Source of the DNA: Bacillota bacterium | GTDB lineage: Bacteria > Bacillota > Sulfobacillia > JABLXB01 | Reading direction: 5' to 3' | NCBI GenBank assembly: GCA_024653225.1 | Contig: JANLGA010000003.1 | Span: forward strand, 1-34,063 | DNA: 34,063 nt | Shown: piece after piece, positions 18,302 to 25,933 of the stretch | Numbering within the stretch: position 1 is the stretch's first letter | Layout: the number at the start of each line of letters is the position of its first letter | The notes under the pieces: generated by a model | Told to the model about the DNA's origin: nothing | The model's input: the letters and a program-made list of their open reading frames with translations, nothing else | The model's database searches: none | Translations under genes and position numbers: made by a program

Positions 18302-19229
18302 CAGGGACGCCGGACTCCTGGCGAAGATCGCTGCGTGGTATTACGAGGACGGCCTGACGCAAGAGGAAATAGCCCGCAGGAGCAGGGTATCCAGGCCGAG
18401 CGTTTCGAGGTTGTTGTCCCAGGCGCGAGAGATGGGAATAGTACAGGTCAAGGTGGCGTATCCGCTTTCCCAGGCAAAGGAGCTCGAACGCAGGCTTGAG
18501 AAGACCTTCGGCCTGAAGGAGGCCATAGTCGCCGACACATCCGGCTCGGGGTCGTTGCCCCTGGTACGCACGCTCGGAGCGGCCGCCGCAGAGTACCTCG
18601 AACGCGTCCTGGACGAGAACGACGTTCTCGGCGTATCCTGGGGGAACACGCTGTACCACGTGATCCAGTCGCTGGAACCGCGGCCCATGGAGCGCCTCAC
18701 GATCGTGCAGCTATGCGGCGGACTGGCCCCGGTGTGGGAGGCGACGGACTCGGCGGACCTAGTGCGGAAGATGGCCGCCGTGTACGGCGCCAGGGCCTAC
18801 CTCTTGCAGGGACCGCTGCTGCTGGGGTCGGAAGAGGAGTACAGGTACCTGGCGTCCAATCCCGCGATCGCCCTCACGCTCGACAAGATGAAGGACGTCA
18901 ACGTGGCGGTGGTGGGCATCGGGGCGCTCGAGGACTCGGTGTTCATGAGGAACAACATGCTCTCCCCGGAACAGGTTGAAGCCCTGCGTGCGACCGGCGC
19001 TGTCGGCGACATCTGCTCCCGGTTCATCGGACCGGACGGCCGGGAGGTGGACGCGACCTTCATTGGGCCGATGCTGGCGATACGGATGGAGGAACTGTGC
19101 CGCGTGGAGCATGTGGTGGCGGTGGCGGGCGGCCCGCGCAAGATCGCCGCACTGAGGGCCGCCTTGCTCACTGGGGCGATTGACGTTGTGATCACCGACA
19201 CGGATACAGCGGCCGGCATAGTAGCCTGA
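18294..19229 (+). CDS. SorC/DeoR(Bsu)-type sugar-binding transcriptional regulator
   Basis: N-terminal HTH LTQEEIARRSRVSRPSVSRLL followed by a sugar-phosphate-binding domain (VLGVSWGNT, NVAVVGIG, VAGGPRK). ATG 18294 overlaps the transketolase stop by 8 nt. Confidence 0.88.
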   Translation: MGSRDAGLLAKIAAWYYEDGLTQEEIARRSRVSRPSVSRLLSQAREMGIVQVKVAYPLSQAKELERRLEKTFGLKEAIVADTSGSGSLPLVRTLGAAAAEYLERVLDENDVLGVSWGNTLYHVIQSLEPRPMERLTIVQLCGGLAPVWEATDSADLVRKMAAVYGARAYLLQGPLLLGSEEEYRYLASNPAIALTLDKMKDVNVAVVGIGALEDSVFMRNNMLSPEQVEALRATGAVGDICSRFIGPDGREVDATFIGPMLAIRMEELCRVEHVVAVAGGPRKIAALRAALLTGAIDVVITDTDTAAGIVA

Positions 19230-19272
19230 GGGAGACCCGGCGAGGGCCGGCCCGCGTGGAGGAGTGTCCGAT

Positions 19273-19926
19273 ATGCCCGAGAGAGCGTCGAGAGTGAGTC
19301 CCGCGGTCGCGCTCGGCCGCGAGGTAGTGGAGAGGGAAGCGCGGGCGCTTCTGGACATGGCGGAGAAGATCGGACCCGAGTTCGAGCGGGCGGTCACCCT
19401 GTTGAGTGAATGCGAGGGCAAGGTGGTCGTCACCGGGATGGGGAAATCGGGCCTGATCTGCAGGAAGATCGCCGCGACACTCTCGAGCCTGGGCACCCCG
19501 GCCCTTTTCTTGCACGCCGGCGATGCGCTGCACGGCGACTCGGGCGTCCTGGCGGAGGAAGACGTGGTATTGGCGGTCTCTCACAGCGGGGAGACCGCGG
19601 AATTGTTGGCGCTCCTGCCCCTCATACGGAGTGCCGGCTCCAAGATCATAAGCATTTCGGGAAACCTCGACTGTTCACTCGCGCGCTCCGCGGATGTCGC
19701 CCTGTGCACGGGGGTGGGCACGGAAGCGGACCCGAGGGGTTTGGCGCCCACCAGCAGCAGCACCGCGACGCTCGCCCTCGGCGACGCGCTGGCCCTGTGC
19801 GTGGCGGAGGCGGACGGATTCACGGCCGACGACTTCCACGCCTTTCACCCGGGCGGGTCGCTCGGGAAGGCGTTGTCGCGTGGCCGCGATAACGCGGGAC
19901 GACCCGGCGCCGGGGCCGGGTCGTGA
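19273..19926 (+). CDS. SIS-domain sugar-phosphate isomerase, KpsF/GutQ-like but without the CBS pair
   Basis: VVVTGMGKSGLICRKIAATLSSLGTPA, SHSGET, LAPTSSSTATLALGDAL and FHPGGSLGK. The protein ends where KpsF CBS domains would begin. An alternative in-frame GTG is at 19264. Confidence 0.88.
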   Translation: MPERASRVSPAVALGREVVEREARALLDMAEKIGPEFERAVTLLSECEGKVVVTGMGKSGLICRKIAATLSSLGTPALFLHAGDALHGDSGVLAEEDVVLAVSHSGETAELLALLPLIRSAGSKIISISGNLDCSLARSADVALCTGVGTEADPRGLAPTSSSTATLALGDALALCVAEADGFTADDFHAFHPGGSLGKALSRGRDNAGRPGAGAGS

Positions 19927-19936
19927 GATGGCGGCC

Positions 19937-19966
19937 GGAAAAACGGGCAGGGCCCGGGCCCTGCCG
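19937..19966 (-). terminator. Intrinsic terminator for the cotE genes, possibly bidirectional
   Basis: Perfect 20-nt palindrome GGCAGGGCCCGGGCCCTGCC at 19946-19965. On the minus strand it is followed by GTTTTTCC. It lies between the convergent stops at 19926 (+) and 19988 (-). Confidence 0.6.
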
Positions 19967-19987
19967 GCTCGGGTAGCCGGCGCGTGA

Positions 19988-20575
19988 CTACCCGTTGTAC
20001 CTCGCCGATGCCCGATCGTCGCCCTCCGGCCGAGGCCCGCTCTCGTGGCCCGGCGACCCCGGGTCCGCCTGCGCAGGTGTCTCCGGCCGGAACAACGGGA
20101 CCACGACCCTGAGGCTGGTTTCCCCGGTTATCTCGGCCGCGAGCGTGGCGCCGACCTCGACCTCCACGCCGTCTCCAGCACCCGTTATCGCCGCTCCTCG
20201 GCACTCCGGCCCCTTGACGACGGAGACTGCCACGCCCATGTCGGCGAATTTCTCGGGCCCGACCGGATTGACGGGGATTTCTACCGTCGCCACGACCGGC
20301 TGCTTTGCGATGGCCGTGTCGTCGCCGCGCACGTACCACACGTGCACGTCGAACTGCCCGGTCGCGAGGACCGTGACTCCATTTTGGGACGGGGCTATGT
20401 TGATCTCGCCGACCCTGAAATCCGTTGCCACCGTCCCCAGCACCTTCTTGACCTCCCCGAGGCCGGAGAAACTCACTACGCCGCGGGCCTCTCCCTCGCC
20501 CCGGCCGTACACCGCCCTCGTGATTATCTCCTTGTAATCCTCTCCCGTGGCTCCCCTCGCGCCAATCACGCTCAT
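19988..20575 (-). CDS. cotE: Outer spore coat protein CotE homologue (paralogue 1)
   Basis: YKEIITRAVYGRGE, FDVHVWY and ATLAAEITGETSLRVVV parallel B. subtilis CotE (YREIITKAV, INVWYSY, AEVVGETKVVV). GAAGGTGG RBS precedes ATG 20575. The track ORF extension to 20734 is rejected. Confidence 0.8.
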   Translation of the reverse strand: MSVIGARGATGEDYKEIITRAVYGRGEGEARGVVSFSGLGEVKKVLGTVATDFRVGEINIAPSQNGVTVLATGQFDVHVWYVRGDDTAIAKQPVVATVEIPVNPVGPEKFADMGVAVSVVKGPECRGAAITGAGDGVEVEVGATLAAEITGETSLRVVVPLFRPETPAQADPGSPGHESGPRPEGDDRASARYNG

Positions 20576-20619
20576 ATGCCCACCTTCCCCGGCGTCCTCC
20601 CATCTGCGGTCGGCGCGCG

Positions 20620-21123
20620 TCAGTCCGGCGCGACCTGCACCGCAACCTTCGTCTCGGCTATGACCTCTGCTCGAAGCTCGAAACGGACACCGACCCTCAC
20701 GGCGCCGTCCCCGTGGGGGTCCACGAACGTGCATTCGGGATGCTGAGTCAGGGCCAGCCTGGCTTTCACCTCGTTACCGGCGGGGGGACTGGACATCGTC
20801 ATCGGCAGCAGTTCCGACACCGTCACCCTGTCCTTCAACACGGCCGTGTCCATGCGGTCGTTATACGAGTACCACACGTTGATGTCGAAAGAGCCGCCGA
20901 CCGGCACGCTCAGGTCGTCGCTTGTCGGGAGGATCATTTCCCGAGGCTCCGGCAGGGTCACCCGTGTGATCGCAGTCCCGAGGATCCGGGAGAGCGACTG
21001 GTCTTCCGGGAGCCTGAGTACCCTCGCGTACTGGAAGCACTTGTCGCCGACACCGCACACCGCCTTCGTGATGATTTCCCGGGTCACGTACAGCCCCGGT
21101 CTCCGACCCGCAGTCTCCGGCAA
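20620..21123 (-). CDS. cotE: Outer spore coat protein CotE homologue (paralogue 2)
   Basis: TREIITKAVCG, FDINVWYSYNDRMDTAV and ELRAEVIAETKVAVQV match CotE. GAGGAG RBS sits 9 nt before TTG 21123. Confidence 0.85.
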   Translation of the reverse strand: MPETAGRRPGLYVTREIITKAVCGVGDKCFQYARVLRLPEDQSLSRILGTAITRVTLPEPREMILPTSDDLSVPVGGSFDINVWYSYNDRMDTAVLKDRVTVSELLPMTMSSPPAGNEVKARLALTQHPECTFVDPHGDGAVRVGVRFELRAEVIAETKVAVQVAPD

Positions 21124-21240
21124 GTCCGCTCACTCCTCGAAGAAGGATGACCTTGAATCCTTCGATGTTACAACATAGTATGAGGCCGGCGAAACCGTTG
21201 CGACATGGTGCGGGGGTCGGAAACCGGGCGTTCGAGCGTG

Positions 21241-21249
21241 TGCTATAAT
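21241..21249 (+). promoter_or_regulatory. Extended -10 element (TGCTATAAT) upstream of the MATE gene
   Basis: TGnTATAAT match at 21241-21249, 43 nt before ATG 21292, in the relatively AT-rich divergent intergenic region. No clear -35 element. Confidence 0.4.
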
Positions 21250-21291
21250 GGTGCTGTACACGGGCATAGCGCCGAGATCGAGAGGTAGAGT

Positions 21292-22701
21292 ATGCAACAG
21301 GGTCACGGTATCAGGGATTTCACCACCGGCGACGTCATGGGACACCTCATCAGGTTCTCAATCCCCCTCTTCCTCGGGAACGTCCTGCAGGCACTGTACA
21401 ACACCGTGGACAGCGTGTGGGTCGGAAGATTCTTGGGCCGGGAGGCACTCGGGGCGGTCTCCCTGAGTTTCCCCATAACGTTCACGCTCATTTCCCTCGC
21501 GGTCGGCTTCTCGACGGCTACGACCGTACTCGTCTCCCAGTACTTCGGTGCCGGCGACGTCCGGATGGTGCGGAGGACGGTCTTCACGTCGGTCGCCTTC
21601 ATCGGGTCGATCGGGGTCGCGATGTCGCTCGTCGGGCTCGCCGCGCATCGGCCCATTCTCAGGCTGATTGACACCCCCGGAGACGTCATGGATATGGCCT
21701 CGGGTTACCTGGCTATATATTCGTCCGGGCTCGTGTTCACTTTCCTCTACAATGTGCTCGGCGCGATCTACCGCGGGCTGGGCGACTCCCGTACGCCCGT
21801 GACCGTCCTCGCCTATGCCACGGTCCTGAACATGATACTCGACCCGTTGATGATATTCGGGGTGTTCCCCTTCCCCAGGATGGAAGTGGCGGGGGCCGCG
21901 TGGGCGACGGTCATTTCGCAGGCGCTATCGGTCGTCTTGCTCTTCGCGTTCACGAGGTCCGTCGCGGTCTCCCCCGGCCGCGGGGCACCCGCCGCCGGGA
22001 CGTCGGCGCTTGACTGGTCGCTCGTCCGGCCGTTAGTGAGGATAGGGCTGCCCGCCGGCGCCCAGCAGGCACTAGTGGCGTTGAGCGGGGTGACGGTCTC
22101 GTGGATAGTGAACTCGTTCGGGTCGGCGGTGCTCGCGGCCTACGGCGCGGGGGTGCGACTCGACCAGTTCGCGCTGATGCCTTCCATGTCGATCTCGATG
22201 GCGGTCTCGGCGCTGACCGGCCAGAACATGGGCGCGGGGAGACTCGACAGGGTGAAGGAGACCGTCGCGGCGGCGAGCGGGCTGGCCTCGGCGATAGCCG
22301 CGTGCGTCAGCGCCGTCGCCCTGGGGCTCCCCGGGGTCGTGCTGAGCCTGTTCACAGCGGACCCGGAGGTCATGGCAGTGGGAACGGTATACCTCAGGGT
22401 CGTCGCGCTATCGTATATACCGTTCGCTCTCATGTTCGTCACGAACGGCGTGATCAGGGGGGCCGGCGACACGCTGCCCACCATGCTGAACACCCTCGCA
22501 TCGCTCTGGCTCGTCAGGGTGCCGCTCGCCTGGGCCTTGTCCAGGATTCCCCGACTCGGCAGCACGGGGATATGGGTGGGCATCGCCCTCGGCCAGGTGG
22601 CCGGCATGGCGTTGAGCAGAGCCTACTACGCCACCGGCAGGTGGAAAGGCAAGGCCGTCGCGCAGAGGTTGCCCGGCGAGCCTTCTCCGCCGGACCCATG
22701 A
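21292..22701 (+). CDS. MATE family efflux transporter
   Basis: 469-aa polytopic protein. GHLIRFSIPLFLGNVLQALYNTVDSVWVGRFLG and VSQYFGAGD are typical MATE N-lobe motifs. Confidence 0.92.
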   Translation: MQQGHGIRDFTTGDVMGHLIRFSIPLFLGNVLQALYNTVDSVWVGRFLGREALGAVSLSFPITFTLISLAVGFSTATTVLVSQYFGAGDVRMVRRTVFTSVAFIGSIGVAMSLVGLAAHRPILRLIDTPGDVMDMASGYLAIYSSGLVFTFLYNVLGAIYRGLGDSRTPVTVLAYATVLNMILDPLMIFGVFPFPRMEVAGAAWATVISQALSVVLLFAFTRSVAVSPGRGAPAAGTSALDWSLVRPLVRIGLPAGAQQALVALSGVTVSWIVNSFGSAVLAAYGAGVRLDQFALMPSMSISMAVSALTGQNMGAGRLDRVKETVAAASGLASAIAACVSAVALGLPGVVLSLFTADPEVMAVGTVYLRVVALSYIPFALMFVTNGVIRGAGDTLPTMLNTLASLWLVRVPLAWALSRIPRLGSTGIWVGIALGQVAGMALSRAYYATGRWKGKAVAQRLPGEPSPPDP

Positions 22702-23922
22702 CAGGAGGAACACCGCGGCGGCGATGCCCGCCAGCCCCGCGGCGAGGCAGCCGGCCCGGCCCCCGAGGGCCCCGGTCACCCAGCCGATGTACACCGAACC
22801 CGCCGGACTCGACCCTATGACCACGAGGGCGTAAACGCTCATGACGCGACCGCGGAGGTCGTCCGGGGCCTCGTACTGGAGGAGCGTATTTGCTGTGGCC
22901 ATGAATGCGACGTGCCACCACCCGAGTGCCAGCGCAAGCCCGGCGGAAACGATGAAGGAGGGCGCGAAGCCCATCGCCGCGACGAGTGCCGAGGAGCAGA
23001 ACGCGCCGACCATGAGCGTGGAGAGTCGCGGCTGCCTGCGCCCGGCATACGACATGACGAGCGCACTCACCAGGGCACCGAGACCCAGGACGGACATGAG
23101 GAAGCCGTAACCCCTGACGGTCTCCCCCAGGACCTCCTTGGCCACGATGGGGATGAGGACCTGGTGGTTGAAGGAGAACATGGCGACGAAAAAGAGGGCC
23201 GCCACCGCGAACAGCGCCGTCGGCGTGCGGGCGATGAAAGCGATCCCCTCGGCTATGTCGTCCCGAATGGCCCGCACCAGCGTTCCGCGCCTGGGATTGT
23301 GCGTGGCGAGCTTCGGGGTTATCACGAGCAGCGGGAGGATTATCGCGAGAAAGCTCAGGCCGTTGAGGAAGAAAGCCGCCGCTGGACCGTACGCGCCGAG
23401 GACCAGGCCCGCCGCCGCCGGTCCGGCGATCCTCGCCATGTTGAACATCGCCGCGTTGAGCGAGATGGCGCTCATCAGGTCTTCGCGGTCCACGATCTCG
23501 ATGGTGAACGCCTGCCTGGCGGGGGCGTCGAACCCGGTGGCGGCCCCGGAGATCAGCGATAGCGCGATGATGTGCCAGTAGCGGAGGCGGTCGGAGCCTG
23601 TCATGGCCGCCAGGACGAAGGCCGACAGCATCATGGTGGACTGGGTCATTATGAGGATTTTCCGCTTGGCGAACCGGTCGGCGAGGGAACCGCCGACAAG
23701 CGACAGCACTATCACCGGTGCGTATTGGGCGGCGGTCTGGACCCCGAGGAGGAACGGGGAACCCGTCATCTCCAGGACCAGCCAGGACAATCCCACGTTC
23801 TGCATCCATGTCCCGATGTTCGATATGCACATTCCGACCCAGTAGAGGACATAGTCGCGGTGTCTGAAGGCACCGAGAGCGCTGCGCGCCCGGTGCTCGT
23901 CGGCGATCGGTTCCGTGCCCAA
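22408..23922 (-). CDS. MFS transporter (EntS/MFS_3-like) with a roughly 90-aa C-terminal tail read antisense through the MATE gene
   Basis: FRHRDYVLYWVGMCISNIGTWMQNVGLSWLV and LVGGSLADRFAKRKILI are MFS_3-like. TTG start at 23922. The first in-frame stop is TAG at 22408-22410. Confidence 0.85.
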   Translation of the reverse strand: MGTEPIADEHRARSALGAFRHRDYVLYWVGMCISNIGTWMQNVGLSWLVLEMTGSPFLLGVQTAAQYAPVIVLSLVGGSLADRFAKRKILIMTQSTMMLSAFVLAAMTGSDRLRYWHIIALSLISGAATGFDAPARQAFTIEIVDREDLMSAISLNAAMFNMARIAGPAAAGLVLGAYGPAAAFFLNGLSFLAIILPLLVITPKLATHNPRRGTLVRAIRDDIAEGIAFIARTPTALFAVAALFFVAMFSFNHQVLIPIVAKEVLGETVRGYGFLMSVLGLGALVSALVMSYAGRRQPRLSTLMVGAFCSSALVAAMGFAPSFIVSAGLALALGWWHVAFMATANTLLQYEAPDDLRGRVMSVYALVVIGSSPAGSVYIGWVTGALGGRAGCLAAGLAGIAAAVFLLSWVRRRRLAGQPLRDGLAFPPAGGVVGSAQRHAGHLAEGDAHPYPRAAESGNPGQGPGERHPDEPERCEGVQHGGQRVAGPPDHAVRDEHESERYIR

Positions 23923-24030
23923 GTGCTTTCACGCTTCTCAGACGGTTTTTCAGGTCCGCGCACCGCGGCCCACGTCGTAGTGATTTACGGGCTGTGCCTC
24001 AGTTCTCCTTCCCCGCGGCGGCGGGTGGGC

Positions 24031-25038
24031 TCACAATATCCCCTCGAGGTCGAAATCCGGGGTGAACTCGGTGGCGGCAGATTCGAGACCCTGCCGGTAG
24101 CCGTTTTCCAGGCCGAGAGCTATGAAGTAGTCAACCACCTCGTTGTATTCCCTTTCCGTGAGCGTTCTGTCGATCTCGGGAAACTCCCCTGCCCGGTGTG
24201 TGGGAACATACTGTGCCATGAGGCTCACGTACACGGTCTTCGGCAAGTTTCCCGCGACCCACCGAAGCACTGCCTTGGTGTCATCGGTGTGGCCGGGGAG
24301 GACGAGATGCCGCACGATCAGTCCGCGCTCGATGATCCCGTCTTCGTTGAATACCGGGTCGCCGCACTGCCTGTACATCTCCAGGATGGCGGCGGTCGCG
24401 GCCTTGAAGTATCCGGGGGCCGACGAATACTTCACGGCGAGGGATTCATCACGGTACTTGAGATCGGGAAGGTACACGTCAACTAGGCCTTCCAGCATGC
24501 GAAGGGCCCGGACGTCTTCGTAAGCGTTGGAATTCCACACCACCGGGGGGAGGGGAGCCGAACGGTGTAAGGCGGCCGCCGCCTGCGGCATGTAGTGGCT
24601 CGCCGAAACCATGTTGATGTTGTGCGGACCTTTCGAACTGACACGCCGTATGACGCGTACCAATCCCTGGACGTCGAGGTCCGCACCGCGACCGCCGTGG
24701 CTGATCAGGTGGTTCTGGCAGAACGCGCACCGGAGGCTGCAATTCGAGAAGAACACGGCGCCCGAGCCGGAGGTGCCGCTCACGGGCGGCTCCTCCCAGA
24801 AGTGAAGGGCCGCGCGCGCCAACCGGACCTTCAGGCCGGAGCGGCAGAACCCCGTGGCACCCGAGGTTCGATCCACCAGGCACCGCCGGGGGCACAGCCT
24901 GCACGACTTGAGTATGCTCCATAATCCGTCAATGTCGGGCAAGATCTCACCCTCGCTACGGACGATCGTATGACTATCCCGCGCCGACCGCAATCCCCGC
25001 CCGCCGGACCGGAACACGTGAACCGACGGGCTCGTCAT
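24031..25038 (-). CDS. Radical SAM protein, PflX-type (COG1313, pyruvate formate-lyase activase-related)
   Basis: CRLCPRRCLVDR...GFC, AVFFSNCSLRCAFCQN (CX3CX2C) and LIVRHLVLPGH. Candidate starts are ATG 25038, GTG 25017 and TTG 24993. The track extension to 25269 is rejected. Confidence 0.85.
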   Translation of the reverse strand: MTSPSVHVFRSGGRGLRSARDSHTIVRSEGEILPDIDGLWSILKSCRLCPRRCLVDRTSGATGFCRSGLKVRLARAALHFWEEPPVSGTSGSGAVFFSNCSLRCAFCQNHLISHGGRGADLDVQGLVRVIRRVSSKGPHNINMVSASHYMPQAAAALHRSAPLPPVVWNSNAYEDVRALRMLEGLVDVYLPDLKYRDESLAVKYSSAPGYFKAATAAILEMYRQCGDPVFNEDGIIERGLIVRHLVLPGHTDDTKAVLRWVAGNLPKTVYVSLMAQYVPTHRAGEFPEIDRTLTEREYNEVVDYFIALGLENGYRQGLESAATEFTPDFDLEGIL

Positions 25039-25063
25039 GATGGGGCGGAGGAAAGGTGATACG

Positions 25064-25933
25064 GTGCGAGCATCGGAGTGCGCGAAGACCGCGTGCCACG
25101 AGCCCGGTCCCATCTTCAGGGCGAAAATCGGAGTGCACCGAGCCGCAAGGAGATGCCGCTGGATAGCCGAGGACCTCGCCGACACCCTTCGCGGGATGAT
25201 GGGGGGACAGCCGGCGATTGCACGGAGTCGGTGCATGGACCCCGAATCGTTTCCCCACCTGCTTTTCACTCATGCCTCGCCCCTGGTCCGCGACCCCGCT
25301 GCAGCCTCCGCCGAATTCCAGCACAACAAGGCTCGCAACCTGGAGATCGCGTGCTCCAGGCTGGACGGGACGGTGGTCATGCCGGGGCAGGTGTTCTCCT
25401 ACTGCAGGGCGGCGGGTCCGACGACCGCGTCCGCGGGGTACCTGCCCGCCCTCACATTGCTGGGTGACACCCTCGTGCCGATGACGGGCGGGGGCCTCTG
25501 CCAGCTTTCAAACATGATATTCTGGATAGCCCTCCACCTGGGATTCCGTATTCTGGAGCGGCACAGGCACTCGTTCGACCTCTTCCCCGACTCGAATCGG
25601 ACCCTTCCGTTCGGATGCGGCGCGACCGTGTTCTACAACTACGTAGACCTCAGGGTGAGAAACGAGCTCGAATTCCCGGTGCTCCTGCGATTCCGGGTGG
25701 GGGACGGAGTGCTGGCAGGCAGCGCTTTCGGCCATCGAGCACTCCCGTTCAAGGCGACCATGTTCGAGAGCGATCACGCTTTCTACCGTGCGGAAGGCGG
25801 TCTGAGGCGACGCAACAAGATATGGAGGCGCGTCAGCGACGAGTCCGGCGACCGCGTCGAGCTCATCTGCGAGAACGACTGCCTGGTACTATACGGGTAC
25901 ACCGGCGACACGTGTCGGCAGATCACAGGCTGA
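25064..25933 (+). CDS. VanW family protein
   Basis: QHNKARNLEIACSRLDGTVVMPGQVFSY, GGGLCQLSNMIFWIAL and GATVFYNYVDLRVRN. GGAGGAAAGG RBS precedes GTG 25064. The track ORF starts at ATG 25037. Confidence 0.85.
   Translation: MRASECAKTACHEPGPIFRAKIGVHRAARRCRWIAEDLADTLRGMMGGQPAIARSRCMDPESFPHLLFTHASPLVRDPAAASAEFQHNKARNLEIACSRLDGTVVMPGQVFSYCRAAGPTTASAGYLPALTLLGDTLVPMTGGGLCQLSNMIFWIALHLGFRILERHRHSFDLFPDSNRTLPFGCGATVFYNYVDLRVRNELEFPVLLRFRVGDGVLAGSAFGHRALPFKATMFESDHAFYRAEGGLRRRNKIWRRVSDESGDRVELICENDCLVLYGYTGDTCRQITG

Noticed and set aside
25039-25269. Longer N-terminus for the PflX-type radical SAM gene (track start 25269).
   Set aside because: The extension is antisense to the VanW coding region. 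It precedes the conserved N-terminal CxLCPRxC region by far more than in typical PflX proteins, which are about 300-335 aa.
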